Program-made: the position numbers and the translations under genes | Origin: a virus | Lineage: Duplodnaviria; Caudoviricetes | Strand: one strand, 5' to 3' | Virus record (IMG/VR): IMGVR_UViG_3300032218_000499 | Span: 1 to 30,763 of that record | DNA length: 30,763 nucleotides | The notes under the pieces: generated by a model | Databases searched by the model: none | What the model was told of the DNA's origin: nothing | What the model saw: only the letters and a program-made list of their open reading frames with translations | Shown: piece by piece, positions 7,901-19,600 of the stretch | Layout: each line of letters starts with the position of its first letter | Numbering within the stretch: position 1 is the stretch's first letter

Positions 7901-10700
7901 CGGGTCAATCCTAGCGAGTGACGTAGCAAGAGTTGTAGAAAACCCAACTGAATTTTCTAAAACTATTGCAGACACGCTTGCTCCGGGCGGATCACCTACG
8001 CCTGTCCTCACATTCTTAAAGGGCGGCGCATACGAAAAAACAACGCCGGGCGCTGCATTTATAGGCGAAGGCAATGCTGCATTGAAGCCAGCAGAATCTG
8101 CACCGCTTGCGTCTTCTAAATTGCAACAATTTGATGTAGGCAATTTGGCAAAAAATGATCCTGTGTTTACCGTTGCAGAAACATATAAAGTTGAGCCGCG
8201 TGTAGCTGCAAACATGGTGGATAACTCGTCAAGGCTTGGTGTCACGGTTGGCGAAGCTACAGCTTTAGAGCTTATTGATTCGCAAGGAAACGTAACCGCT
8301 AGAGGCAATACTCTATTAAACCCTGCCCCAGAACTGGGTCAAGCTAAACCTAAAGTTGAGCCGCCACCGCCTGAGCCAGCACCTACTCCTGCGCCCAAAA
8401 TTGAACCAATTAAGAATCCAGAAAAACCCGCTAACGATCCACTCGGACCGAATGTGCCGTTACCTGAGAACGATCCCTTATTTGAGCCGCCCAAACCCGC
8501 TACTCCAGAAAAAGAGCCTGCCAAGCCCGCTGCGCCCGTAATTATTCCTCCACCTGCGCCGGTAGAACCTGCTCCTGTTGAGCCATCTAAGCAACCCGAA
8601 AAAACTCCGGGGGAAGCTCCTGCTAAAGAACCCGCTAAAGAACCTGCTAAAGAGCCAGAAAAAGCACCGTCTGAAAATCCTGAGCAAGCTCCAGAAAAAG
8701 CACCCGCACAACAGCCGCAAGTTGAGCCGCAGCCCGAACCTAAGCCACAGCCTGAGCCTAAGCCAGAACCCAAACCAGAACCACAGCCAGAGCCAAAGCC
8801 AGAAATTAAGCCAGAAGTTAAACCAGAAGTTAAACCAGAAGTTAAACCAGAAGTTAAACCAGAAATAAAACCTGAGATAAAGCCAGAAATAAAACCAGAA
8901 ATTAAACCTGAGATAAAGCCAGAAATAAAACCAGAAATTAAACCTGAGATAAAGCCAGAAATTAAGCCAGAAATTAAACCAGAAATAAAACCTGAGATAA
9001 AGCCTGAAATAAAACCTGAAATCAAGCCTGAAATAAAACCTGAAATAAAACCTGAAATCAAGCCTGAAATAAAACCTGAAATAAAACCTGAAATCAAGCC
9101 AGAGATAAAGCCAGAGATAAAGCCACCGCCGCCGGGTGGAACTGAACCCGATCCTGTTACGGGTGAGATTGTGGACATTACTCCGATTGTGGGCGATCCA
9201 GAAACATCAAAAAATAAAGCTAAAGCTAAGGCTCAGAAGAACCTTAAATTTAATAAAATGCTAACCCTAGCATTACAATCTATGCAGCCTGTGTCAGCAA
9301 AAACACCGCCGGGCGCACAAATTGATTACCTATACGACATTGGCGGCGAAAGCATTTTTGCACCAATGAAACAAGAAAGTAAGTATTTACCACGCGAAGG
9401 TTATTACGATCCGCAAATTGAGCGAGGCATGGCACAAGGCGGTATGGTTGCGTTTGATGAGGGTGGTGACGTAACCGAAGAAGCGCGTGCTTTGATGCAC
9501 AATCCTAAATTGTCGCAGCGCGGCAAAGACAGAATGGAGCGCGAGTACCCCGAAGACCCGTCAATGGCTGGCGAGATTGCAGCAGGGTTTCATCCTATTA
9601 TTGGACCCGCGCTATCGGTCAAAGATTTTAAAGAAGCCGCAGGTGAGGACGATTACCTTGGCATGGGGTTAGCTGCCCTTGGTATGATTCCAATTGCTGG
9701 CGGGGCTATTAGAGGTTATAACCGTTTAGTTAAACCCGCTTTGCAAAAACGCGCTTTTGCATCGCGTGATCGTGAAATGGAAAAAGAACTAATTGAAAAC
9801 TATGGCAAAATTCCCAAAGGACAGCCAATTCCTGAAGGATATATTGGTGGTCCGCCTCCACCCGCTCCAGCATTTCCTAGCGCAGCATCGCAAGCTGGGT
9901 ACTACGCGCAGCCAAAATTCCAAACAGACTATGGGCGTGAGTTTACGCATGATTTAATACACTCATCACCCAACCCAAACATTACGTCTTTTAATCCGGC
10001 ATTAGCTGATGCAAGTGAATACAGCACCCGACGAATTACACTCAACCCAAGCAGTCATGGTGGCGGGGATATGCCCAATCCATTATTGGCAGGCGTTCAT
10101 CCAGCGGATGATATCACTACATTTTTATCCAATAACCTAGCCTATAGCTCGCAATATATGCCTAGGGACTATGTTAGCCCTGTAGGATTGAAAGACGGAA
10201 AGTTTTTTAAAAAACATGAAGTCCCGCATATAACTGGAATGCCGCGATCAAAGGTAGTGTACGACCCCGGATCAACAATGTATCCAGTGAGCGCAAGGCT
10301 TGGTAAAGTATTTGACCCCACCGCTCCGGGTGCAGACAAGATTGCAGAAGAATTCTTAGGCACACTCAAAATGCCAAAAGGTATGGATGAAAAAGATTTT
10401 GGCACATACATAAATTTTGCTAGGCATTCGTTGCTTAGTGGCGACGCAAAAGCCGTAGAAAGCCCGCAATTTAGAAGTTATTTAAAAGACAACGGTTTTG
10501 ATAGCTTTGCTTTTTTAAAAGGCAGTGGTGAAAACCAAGTTAAAAATTATGGCATCTTTGATCCTAAAAACATTCGCGGCAAATATGCAGAGTTCAACCC
10601 TGCTGCCGCCCATGAGTCAGACATTATGAAAGCCAATGGTGGCTACGTTAATGACGCCAATTCTATTGATGATTTATACGATTTGTTAAGGAGTAAATGA
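4926..10700 (+). CDS. Giant multidomain internal virion / polyvalent protein (DUF4214-like repeats, Gly/Ala region, Pro-rich linker, pre-toxin-like helices, ART-like domain)
   Basis: 1924-aa uninterrupted ORF; three LGRxPD-type repeats at the N-terminus; (KPE[I/V])27; C-terminal [22 protein letters not shown] pattern resembling ART-PolyVal. Confidence 0.75.
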   Translation: MKYRLDLLPLRAFQKRGTPIGGRSLRLWGYTDDGTWIATGDETFDPAAFAPSEPTPQSAPANDVAAAFNDPGYSGAPLTPAPANQWQQTVNDIYQQEFGRQADASGMDTFTNLLTQGWTGEQVRDALRTSGEGQSYGLSPAANPNVANAGDIYNLYVNNLGREPDAGGLANWVGQDYQTVVQGIVNSNEFQNLHKNSVWSQPGYLDQPISPISSNITSGWEWQPPSFLDNGISQPYWQNVNTGERRELESPINIQAVRDDGGNISYINADTGEKIDPKKFDKNITGYDKQIEALFKADLGRAPDVSEIVAYNKMLQSGDVSFDDVIKGVATSQESIQKNMPFLDPNADVNTKFEQGVRGFDAKGLTRGGALEGLPTQYFDPKTNKLVAWFGTTGSTNTDDYTWHTVNELKADPNAAVYVGRESQRDVGAEWRSLAKGAGMVIASVVAPELIAELGPAMAAAEVSAAAAEAGLSAEQFAALAAEYGGTSGVGAGVGAGVGTLSDIGAADLMGGTLSETGAASTMGGTVADSGLNWSAIGTEAAKQGGLNAGITALKGGSPSDILKAGLIGGISGGAGSAIGGLGLGSLETTLAKGGLQAAITAATGGNVGNSLISSAIGAVLPVALDKIIPEGTFDSLPSIVKNTISNATANAVTAAATGGNISDAALNGIIRTASGAAMDYATDAAGFKGLTLEQSVDKIGRYFDRSGANDNPEQQWVPAKPTAIAETAQPTQTQVAETTQPTQIASATPVDTTDPDAIFNRLVALQSETSPTQIPGSATAAATTSDVNPQVVKSDQSVLDYLDQYLPQTQGTYDAFGNYYAPSVPDANGYVPTTQGVPQSVIDQAIQNQRQSLASTLGQAAVSVFDNTAGAIAPYITQMATYFGLRSVDEVNNLVAKVMGSEYQTQPDKMLDMSRKAADLFSQPLGRMLGVTTTSGYENEPLGATLHWIAEHAEDVAKNVSSATGGVVPKGDVLFMLNLLAPEVVRGAIKSGSILASDVARVVENPTEFSKTIADTLAPGGSPTPVLTFLKGGAYEKTTPGAAFIGEGNAALKPAESAPLASSKLQQFDVGNLAKNDPVFTVAETYKVEPRVAANMVDNSSRLGVTVGEATALELIDSQGNVTARGNTLLNPAPELGQAKPKVEPPPPEPAPTPAPKIEPIKNPEKPANDPLGPNVPLPENDPLFEPPKPATPEKEPAKPAAPVIIPPPAPVEPAPVEPSKQPEKTPGEAPAKEPAKEPAKEPEKAPSENPEQAPEKAPAQQPQVEPQPEPKPQPEPKPEPKPEPQPEPKPEIKPEVKPEVKPEVKPEVKPEIKPEIKPEIKPEIKPEIKPEIKPEIKPEIKPEIKPEIKPEIKPEIKPEIKPEIKPEIKPEIKPEIKPEIKPEIKPEIKPEIKPEIKPPPPGGTEPDPVTGEIVDITPIVGDPETSKNKAKAKAQKNLKFNKMLTLALQSMQPVSAKTPPGAQIDYLYDIGGESIFAPMKQESKYLPREGYYDPQIERGMAQGGMVAFDEGGDVTEEARALMHNPKLSQRGKDRMEREYPEDPSMAGEIAAGFHPIIGPALSVKDFKEAAGEDDYLGMGLAALGMIPIAGGAIRGYNRLVKPALQKRAFASRDREMEKELIENYGKIPKGQPIPEGYIGGPPPPAPAFPSAASQAGYYAQPKFQTDYGREFTHDLIHSSPNPNITSFNPALADASEYSTRRITLNPSSHGGGDMPNPLLAGVHPADDITTFLSNNLAYSSQYMPRDYVSPVGLKDGKFFKKHEVPHITGMPRSKVVYDPGSTMYPVSARLGKVFDPTAPGADKIAEEFLGTLKMPKGMDEKDFGTYINFARHSLLSGDAKAVESPQFRSYLKDNGFDSFAFLKGSGENQVKNYGIFDPKNIRGKYAEFNPAAAHESDIMKANGGYVNDANSIDDLYDLLRSK
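8796..9119 (+). repeat. Coding tandem repeat, 27 x 12 bp (KPE[I/V])
   Basis: Unit AAR-CCW-GAR-RTH counted directly. Exact 36-bp higher-order copies: 8868-8903 = 8904-8939 and 9024-9059 = 9060-9095. Confidence 0.97.
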
Positions 10701-11452
10701 TGAGTGATCCACTTATAGACGCGGGGTTATCTGACCCAAATTCAACTTATAACGACCCCACGGCTACTTACAATGCGGTTAACACGGGGACTGCCGATAC
10801 TGGAAGCTCATCGGGTTTTGATTTAAGTAAGGTGGATTGGAGTGGGATGTTATCAAAATATGGCCCCGCTGCGGTGGGTTCGCTCTTAGGTGCGTCTGGA
10901 ATTCTCAATAGCACGCCGCAAAAGTCTGGATTTCAAGGCAAAATCCCACAACTTGCTGCTGTGCGTCAACAGCTACCTATTGATTATAACGCGCCTCGTC
11001 GCCCCGGCAGTATGGGTCGCCGCTACTTTACGGACATGGCTTACGTGCCTAAGTCTGGCATTGCTGCGGTTGCGCCGGATCCTGTTGCACCTGCTGTAGC
11101 CGCCCCTGTAAACCCAACACCCACTACACCCGCAACGCCTGATATAGGTGGGGCGCATGGTGGCATGATTGGTTATGCACAAGGCGGACTTGCAAATCTT
11201 GGTTACTATTTAGGCGGTCAAACCGATGGAATGGCTGATAAAATACCTGCACAAATTGACGAAAAACAACAAGCTAAATTAAGTCACGGGGAGTTCATTT
11301 TTCCGGCAGACGTCGTTAGCGCATTAGGCAGTGGCAATTCAAGCGCAGGGGCTAAGGTTTTATACGACATGATGGACAGAATCCGTAAGCATGCACACGG
11401 TACAACCAAGCAGATTAAACCTGCAAATTTAAAGAAAACGCTACCCGCGTGA
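10697..11452 (+). CDS. Putative internal virion protein
   Basis: C-terminal domain GGQTDGMADKIPA...AKLSHGEFIFPADVVSALGSGNSSAGAKVLYDMMDRIR, preceded by a tandem AxGG motif; ATGA overlap with the upstream gene. Confidence 0.7.
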   Translation: MMSDPLIDAGLSDPNSTYNDPTATYNAVNTGTADTGSSSGFDLSKVDWSGMLSKYGPAAVGSLLGASGILNSTPQKSGFQGKIPQLAAVRQQLPIDYNAPRRPGSMGRRYFTDMAYVPKSGIAAVAPDPVAPAVAAPVNPTPTTPATPDIGGAHGGMIGYAQGGLANLGYYLGGQTDGMADKIPAQIDEKQQAKLSHGEFIFPADVVSALGSGNSSAGAKVLYDMMDRIRKHAHGTTKQIKPANLKKTLPA

Positions 11453-11460
11453 GGTGAATT

Positions 11461-12315
11461 ATGGCAACTTCTACCACTACACCAATTACCGCCGTTCCTG
11501 ATCCGCTAGCAGGCACGCAGACTTCGACAGAATCTTCGCTCTCTAATTGGGCGGGTCCTTACGTCACGGACATGCTTGGCAAAGGTCAAGCATTAAGTGA
11601 AACGCCGTATCAGGCGTACATGGGACCATTGACTGCGGGCGCATCTAGCCTACAGAACCAAGCGTTTCAGGGTATAGCAGGGCTTGCAATGCCCTCAACA
11701 ATGGGCGGCTATACGCCACAATCGTTTACAAGCGAAGGTACGGCGCAGAAGTACATGAACCCGTATTTGCAAGCGTCTCTTGATCCACAGCTTGCAGAGA
11801 TTCGTAGGCAATCGGATATTAACCGATTAGGTTATACGGGTAAGCTCACTCAGGCGGGTGCGTATGGCGGCAGTCGACAAGCCATTATGGATTCGGAGAA
11901 TAACCGCAACCTTGCCACGCAACTAGCCTCAACCACAGGTCAGGGCTACAACACCGCGTTTAACAATGCACAAAACCAGTTTAACGCTGAACAAAACTTT
12001 GGGCTACAAGCACAAAACGCCAATAACGCTTATGGACTATCTGCGCTTGGTAAGCAAGCTGACCTCGGCGCAACACAGCGCGGCATTGAAAGCGAAGGCA
12101 TTGCAGCAGACATGGCACAATTCAATCAAGAGCGCGACTTCCCGTACAAGCAAGTTCAATATCAGCAATCGTTATTGCAAGGGATGCCGTTAGCTACGCA
12201 GTCATATAACTACGCTCAACCTAGTACATTAGCTAATATTACTGGCGCGGCAGGCGGTATTACTAACCTGTACAACTCATTGTTTGCCCCCGCTGCAACG
12301 CCTGCTAAACCATAA
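11461..12315 (+). CDS. Putative DNA ejection / pilot protein
   Basis: GAGGTG SD; Gln/Ala/Gly-rich helical protein with YMNPY and AGAYGGSRQA motifs typical of podophage ejection proteins. Confidence 0.65.
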   Translation: MATSTTTPITAVPDPLAGTQTSTESSLSNWAGPYVTDMLGKGQALSETPYQAYMGPLTAGASSLQNQAFQGIAGLAMPSTMGGYTPQSFTSEGTAQKYMNPYLQASLDPQLAEIRRQSDINRLGYTGKLTQAGAYGGSRQAIMDSENNRNLATQLASTTGQGYNTAFNNAQNQFNAEQNFGLQAQNANNAYGLSALGKQADLGATQRGIESEGIAADMAQFNQERDFPYKQVQYQQSLLQGMPLATQSYNYAQPSTLANITGAAGGITNLYNSLFAPAATPAKP

Positions 12316-12324
12316 GGAAACATT

Positions 12325-13614
12325 ATGTTCGGTATTGACCAACAAGTTCAGCAAACGGCAGATGCGTACCGTGGCAAGCCTCAGATGCTTCAGCAAAAAT
12401 ACGCGCAAAATCAACAGCTTATTGACTTGTTGGCATTGCAAAAGCTTAAGTCTGACAAAGAAGAAGCTGCGCGTAAATTAGCATTAGATTCTGGCGCTCA
12501 AGGCAAATCTACAATTCTAGATCAGCGCGAGTCTGAAGCTTTAGATACAGCTAAAAAAGAAGTGATGGACGAGCAGGCTGGCATCATGCAGAACAAAATG
12601 CAGCAAATGCAAGACGCGCAAAAGAAAGTCTTGCAAGCTGCTGGTGCGCCACAAATGCCCAGTGCGCCACAACCAACTCCAGCACCGGGTTTAGCGGGGC
12701 TAGCTGCGCCGAATATTCAAGGCATGGCAGGTGGTGGCATTGTTGCGTTTGACCAAGGTGGGAGTACAGGCGAAGAAGAAGCTCGCCGTGCTATGGTAGA
12801 GCGTCCACGCGAAGAGCCTCGCCAAGTAGCACCGCAAGCAGCACCACAAGGCAATATGCAGACTGGTCTTGCAAGATTGCTGGGTATTGACCCAGAAGCT
12901 ATTTATCAAAGTCGTCGTTCAGAAGCCGCTAGAGATGCTAATTTAAGCGCACAAGAAGCGGCAAGCAAACGCGCCCTAAATGCAGAGCGTGAAGCATTTG
13001 AAATGCGTAATAAGTTAGGCGAAGCTTTAACAGCAGGTTCTGGGTATGTTAGCGGGGCTGCTGGTTTAGCAAATATTGGTCGAACCGCTGTCAATATTGA
13101 TAGAAATGCCATGCAACGTAGGCATGCTTTAGAAAATGAAATTATTGATATGGGTCCTGCGTCACGTATGGCAGGCACTAAAGCCGGTGAAGCAGGCTAT
13201 CAGCATGGCATGACGGGGTTGACTTCCGGCGTTAAAGCCGGTGTAGATTTGGCACAGACGGGTGAGCAAGGCGCACTGCGTGCGCAGATGGCAAAAGACG
13301 CTTTAGCAGGTAGAGCCGACAAACTCCGTGCAGATGTTCTTTTGCGGGTTGAGGGGTTGGTAACAAATGATCCGCAGTATAAAAACATAGTAAAAGCAAC
13401 GGAGATGGCTGAAAACGTGGCTAATATGGCCCCTACCACGCAGAATATTGCACGCCGTGATACCTTGCGAAGAGACCAGTCAACGTTCTACAATCAAATG
13501 TTCCGTGATAAATTACAACATCACCTGTCAGATGCAGGAAACGCTGGAACCCCACCGCCCATTGCGGGACCCGCGCCTATAGATTGGAACAGCCTGCCCC
13601 CACGACGACCATAA
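12325..13614 (+). CDS. Putative internal virion / ejection protein
   Basis: TAAGGA SD; Gln/Ala-rich helical protein containing GMAGGGIVAFDQGG. Confidence 0.65.
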   Translation: MFGIDQQVQQTADAYRGKPQMLQQKYAQNQQLIDLLALQKLKSDKEEAARKLALDSGAQGKSTILDQRESEALDTAKKEVMDEQAGIMQNKMQQMQDAQKKVLQAAGAPQMPSAPQPTPAPGLAGLAAPNIQGMAGGGIVAFDQGGSTGEEEARRAMVERPREEPRQVAPQAAPQGNMQTGLARLLGIDPEAIYQSRRSEAARDANLSAQEAASKRALNAEREAFEMRNKLGEALTAGSGYVSGAAGLANIGRTAVNIDRNAMQRRHALENEIIDMGPASRMAGTKAGEAGYQHGMTGLTSGVKAGVDLAQTGEQGALRAQMAKDALAGRADKLRADVLLRVEGLVTNDPQYKNIVKATEMAENVANMAPTTQNIARRDTLRRDQSTFYNQMFRDKLQHHLSDAGNAGTPPPIAGPAPIDWNSLPPRRP

Positions 13615-13623
13615 GGATTTCCA

Positions 13624-16600
13624 ATGGATGTGCGAATGCCAGATGGCACGGTGATTTCTGGGGTTCCAGATACTGCCACTAAAGAAGACGTAGCAGCGCG
13701 ATATAGCGCATATCAAGCATCCTTACAACCCGCGAAAGAAGCTACCGCATTAGGCGAAGCTGCAAAAAGCGTAGAACAGATGGGGTCTGCGTACCAGACT
13801 GCGCTTGGTACGCTTACAAGCGACCCTGTAGCCGCTGTGCGCGAGGGTATGGCGCGTAAAGAAGACCTAGAGCGCAAGTATGGGACGACTCGTGGGTTAA
13901 ATGAAGCCGTAGCTGCTTACGATACCGCAGGTGGTGGGGTGAGTGGTGCGTTGTCTGCAACGGGCGAAACATTGTCGCAAGTACCCCAAGCAGTAGCGGG
14001 TCAAGCTGCCAATTTGGGTGCAATGTACGCAGGGTCTAAAGCGGGGGCAATGATCGGTGCAACTGCGGGCACTGCGATTCCTGTTCCAATTATTGGCACA
14101 ATCGGCGGTGGGGCGCTTGGGGGTTTCGCCGGTGCAGTTCTGTCGCAGGTAGTTCCGTTCTATCAAGAAAACTTAGAAGCCCAATTAAAAGCGCAAGAGG
14201 CGCGGGGTGAGAAACCTGATTTAAATCGCGCCAGTGCAGCGGCGGTAGCGGTTTTACAAGGTAGTTCAGAAGTCGCGGCTAAGATACTTACCCTAGGTGG
14301 TGCGCTTGTTAGCAAAATCATAGGTAGCAAGCCCGCGCAACAAGCTGAGAAAGCATTGGTTGAAGCTGCGCAGAAGTCTCTCGCCGCCGCCGCAGGGCGT
14401 TCGTTACCCGGAGCTGTAGGCATGGGTTCGGTGCGTGCTATAGGGTCGGAACTCCCTGTAGAAATGGCACAGAACATTATGACCCGCGCACAAGCGGGGC
14501 AAAGCCTGACCAATGAAGACGCGCTCAATGATTATAAAAACACACTGTTTGAGACCGTTAAAGTGGCAGGTGCTATTGGCAGTGCTACGGGTCCTTTAAA
14601 TCGTTCGGCAGCACGCTCACAAATGCAAGAGCAAGGCTTAACCCCGGCGGGCACGCCTATCAATCCGGAACTATCCCCAGAAGAACAAGCTGCGCGGGAA
14701 GCCGAGCAACAAACCGTTGGGCACATGCGTGCACAGCGCGAAGAACAAGAAGCTGCAAAGGCTGCACAAGCACCTTTTATCGGGCAAGAAAAAACTGAAA
14801 CCCCTGAGGGGCAGTTTGGGCTGAACCTAGAAGGCGGCAAGCGCGTTGCACCTAGTACGACAGTGCAAGGTACGGAATTGCCAGAGCGCAAGCCCGGTTT
14901 TGACGCCTACGGTCGCCCAAAAACCACGGAAGAACCCGCGCCCGCAGCAGCCCCGCTTACAGGCGGCGAAGCCACACCAATGACACAGGCGTTGGACACC
15001 ACGCAACCCGTGCAACAACACCGCGATGAGCTTGCTGCGCTCACGCAACGATTGGCTGAGACCCCCGACACCCGAGAAAACAAGGCGCTCCGCTCGCAAC
15101 TTAATGGGCGCATTGGGACACTCACGAGGCTCATCAAGACAGCCGAAGCTGTGCCTGTCGGTACACAGGGCGCGTTGCCTATTGTGCCTGCTGCGGAACC
15201 CACAGCCACTGAACCCGCACCTGTCGAACCAACCCCCACACCTGCGCCCACCACAAGCGCCTTGGTTCGGGCAGCGGGCATCCCTGCAAGCGCACCCGTT
15301 GCGCAGCAGTTAAAGAAACTAGACCTCACACAGCAGGCTGACCGCACGGCAGCAGCAGAGTTTATTGCGCAAGCCCTTGCAAATAAAAACGTCAAGCCTG
15401 AGACAAAGGCGGCTATACAAGCGTTCTACGACCAGCACATTGCCCAACCTATACCAGACACACAGGGCGGCTTAGACTTGGGCGAGCCACAACCCCTAGT
15501 GCAGGTTCCACCTACGGTGGCAACACCTGCCGCACCTGTCGCTCCCCCTGTTGCACCCACCACGCCTACAGCCGCTGTCACCCCTGACACCGCACCGCCA
15601 CTTATCGACACAAGCGTGTGGAACGCATTAGGTATCGGACCCACTGCCAAGATTCGCAAAAATGTGGATGTAAACGGTAAAGACATCACAGACCCAACAG
15701 ACGGTGCGTTTGTGCGCCAAGCACTTGAAGCCTATCGTGACGCGTCTAAGAGCGCCCGCATTAAGGCAAACATCGACAAGTACCTTGCACGCTTCCCCGT
15801 ACCTGCGGCTACGATCACACCCCCACCTCCACCTCCACCACAGACACCTGTGGAAAAACGTGTTGCGTCTGGGCAAATTGAAGACTGGGCAAAAAAGGCT
15901 TTTAGCTACAACAACATCGGCACAATTATGTATGCCGATAATAACTTTGCGTTGGTATACCGGCAATCAAAAACTGGGTTTGATTATGAAGTGCTGTTAA
16001 AAAACAGATCACGTACCATTTCAGTCAATACCGCTTTGGCAATCATGCCGCCATCAGTAGCGGCGGGCATTACAGAAGCCCACGCCCTAATCGAAGCGCG
16101 TGAAAATGCAGCGCTTGCCAAGACACCTGATGGACCGTTTACCAATGCTGCAAGCAACGTTGTAGCTTCGGCTAGTGTTGACCCACGCTACGTGCAATAC
16201 ATAACAGCGTTAATGCAAAAGTTGGGCATGGGTAACATCAACTTGTTCTTGTTTCAAGACAAGGATTTGGTTGGAAACAAAGACCTATACAACTTGCATG
16301 GGCCATACAGCGTCATTGTAAAAGACCCCAACCAGCCCGATTCAAAAACATCTGCGGGATGGACTCATCCTTACGGTCCCGCGCAAGACGCACTTGTAAT
16401 CAACATAGCAGACCTACCGTCTAGCCTTGAAGATACGCTTGAGACGTTATCGCATGAGCTAGGGCACGGTATTGAGTTTTCGGCGTTTGTAAACGCACCA
16501 CAAGCCACACAAGATGCGATCATTGATGAGTATCGTCAGTGGAGATTCCGTGCAAACAACATGACCGTTGAGCAGTTAATCAACTCTTTGCGCAATCGTG

Positions 16601-19600
16601 TGGGCGCTAGTTTGTTTTTAGCTAAACTTTCACCTACCGTACTACAAGCTCCTATTGGCAGTACCACTTTAGATTTAAACTACTGGTTAGGTTTTCCCGA
16701 GTGGTTTGCCGACAACGTATCGCGTTGGGCATCAACCGATGCAAAAGCCATCGGTGTAGTAGAAAAATTCTTCCAAGACGTTGCTAAGCAATTGCGTGCG
16801 CTTGTGGCGGCGGTTACAGGTATGCAGTTTGCGCCTAACTCAGCCGTTGCGGACTTCCTCAACAAGATGGGTCCGAGCAGTCCTGTGGCGTGGCAAGGGT
16901 CTATTGCACAGCCGCGCGTACAACCAAAAACAACTACCGCTTCGGAAGCCACTGATTTAACCGATGCCGCTGAAATTGACGCACTAGATATTGCGCCCTC
17001 TATCGAAGAAGTAGGCGAGTCAACCATCGGGCGAATCTCGCAGAGTATCAATACACCGCCGGGGCAAATTCTGCCTTCTACATGGAACAACATTAACCAA
17101 GCGCCATCACAAGCGCAGCGTACCGCCATGACGCAGTTTGCTGCCGTGCAAGCGCAGGGCGATGTCAGTTGGGCAGATTGGTTCCGTCAGAAAACCGTGG
17201 ATGTGTTCGCGCCTGTAGCTACCAAGCTCGGTGCGCTCTTTGACCAAGGCGTGCGTAACTCGTTCGGTGATGTAAACCCTGTGCAGTTCATCCGGCAAGC
17301 TTTTGACCACGCACGTGTGGCGCTTGATGTGTTCAAGCAAGGCGGTTTGCGCATGAACAAAGATGGTTTCTGGGAAAGCTATCAACTCAAAGACGCCAAC
17401 GGTAAAGAAATGTCAGCGCAGCAAGTGGTTAAAGACATTGCAGCACTTGCCAAAAAGAACAACGAAGCCTACAACGTCACCAAAGGAAAAGTAGCTACGG
17501 TGCTAGAAGGTATGCGCCTGTCTGATTTGCGCAAAGAGAACGCCACGCTAGAAACACTCGCTCAGGGCCACGAAGCCAACGGTGACTTTGATCTGGCAGA
17601 CAAAACTCGCGAGAAGAAATTCCTCTTACACATGCGCTTTGCTGAGATTGATACGCTTGAGCAAGTGTTTCAAGCATCGCCTGAGTTACAAGAAATTCAA
17701 CGCATTATGAATGCGTCACGCGAGTCGGTAGTGGATGCTATGGTTACTTCGGGTCGCATCAGTGCGGAGCGCGGCGACTTCTGGAAAGCGGTAACTAACT
17801 ACGTGCCGTTTGACCGTGTGAACAACGTATACGAAGACTTATCGCTTACACAACGCCCAACCCGCAAAGGCATTGCGTCATTAGGTGAACTGCCTAAGTT
17901 GCGTGGGTCACTCAAACGCCCTGTTGCGAACACCGTGGACAACTACATGAACACGATGGCGTGGATGGTTGACCAATCCATGCGCAACTCTGCCGCCGTA
18001 CGGGTGCTTAACTTGATGGCAACTCCGGGTGTAAATATGGCAAACAAATTGCCATCCATGAGCCAAGCCACCAACACTCACATGGTTGTGCCTAAACTCT
18101 ACGAGAACGGCGAACCTGTGTACTTTGAACTGCACAGCCTGTACGACTTTGCGGCCTTTGTACAAGCACCTGAGATCACATCAGGCGCGTTAAAACTGCT
18201 TGGTGCATCCTCACGCTTGTTACGCACGACCGTCACTGCGACACCTATGTTTGCAATCAAGCAGGTAATTGATGACGCGCAACGTGTGATGTTTTACTCA
18301 GGGGTTAAGAACCCAACTGCCGCACTTGCTACCGTATTCAAGCACTTTCCTAGCGCGTGGTTTGGTGCATGGATTGGCAAACAATCTGGGCTTGAGAAAA
18401 AACTAGTAAGCCTTGGCATTATCGGTGACTACGACTTCAACCCCACCAACCCAATTGAGACCCTTGAGTACCAAACAGGCGCAGAAAAACGCGGTTTTGT
18501 TCGGGCGTTAATTAACAAGCTTGAGCAAGTCACCAAAGCCTCTGACATGGCTGCGCGTATGGCGGTCTACGAGCGGACACTAAAAGAAACGGGCGACCCA
18601 GCCGTTGCCCAAGTCCGCGCACGTGAACTGATTAACTTTAACCGCCGTGGGTCATCTAAGGCTATGAACGTGCTTGCGCACACGGTTCCGTTCTTTAATG
18701 CCTACGCACAGGGTCTAGATTTAATGTACCGTGGCGTGACAGGTAAGGATGCGTCGTCAGGGCTGAACAAACGCGCAGCACGTAACTTCTTTATCAGTCG
18801 CATGGTGATAATGACAGGCATGGGGTTTCTGTACGCCGCAGCTATGTCAGATGATGACCAGTACGAAGACTTGACCGATGAAGTGCGGGATCGCAATTGG
18901 ATTTTACCTAAGTCAATAAATGAAGGGTTGGGGGTAAATTTCCCAATCAAAATTTCTGTGCCATCAGAGCTTGGGTTCATCTTCAAGTCAATCCCTGAGC
19001 GCATCGTAAGTTACATGAAAGCCGCATCAAAGGGTGAGGATCAAGGCGTTGGGCATGCGGTAACGAGTACGCTCAGTGACGCGCTTAAAACATACGGCAC
19101 TGTACCGATTCCACCTGTGCTGAAATCTGCTATGGAAAATACCGCCAACTACTCGTTCTTTACGCATCGGGAGCTTGTACCTAAAGTCATGCAAGAGCGC
19201 CCTGCGTATCTACAATACACATCCAACACATCAGAACTAGGCAAAGCTATTGGCAAAACCGCTGACGTATCACCCATCAAAGTCGATAACTGGATACGCG
19301 GCACATTTGGGTTGATGGGTGCGTCTGGGTTGCTCGTGACTGACGCTATGATGAACCCTGCACGACCTGATCGCTCTCTTGCCCAGATACCCTTCATGAG
19401 TATTGCGTTGGTAAACCCTGCGGGGTCGCGTGTCAAAGATGAGTTCTATGAGTTCCGTCAAAAAATAACGGAAGCCGTGGCAGCAAAGAACATGCTCGAA
19501 AAAGAAAACCCAGTTAAGTATTATGAGTTCGTGCAAAAGAACTACCACCTGCTTGCCGCAGCACCCTATGTGAATCAAAAACTCAAGATGCTATCTGAGC

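Noticed and set aside
6194-8308. Long minus-strand ORFs (246 aa, 190 aa) and similar antisense ORFs over the replication genes
   Set aside because: They are fully nested opposite well-supported genes and show no recognisable motifs; they are codon-bias shadows.
8796-9119. Possible CRISPR array
   Set aside because: The 12-bp units are contiguous, have no unique spacers and lie in frame within a CDS.
8339-9178. 279-aa minus-strand ORF of ISGF/ISGL repeats
   Set aside because: It is the antisense shadow of the KPEI/Pro-rich repeat; third-position variation is synonymous in the + frame.
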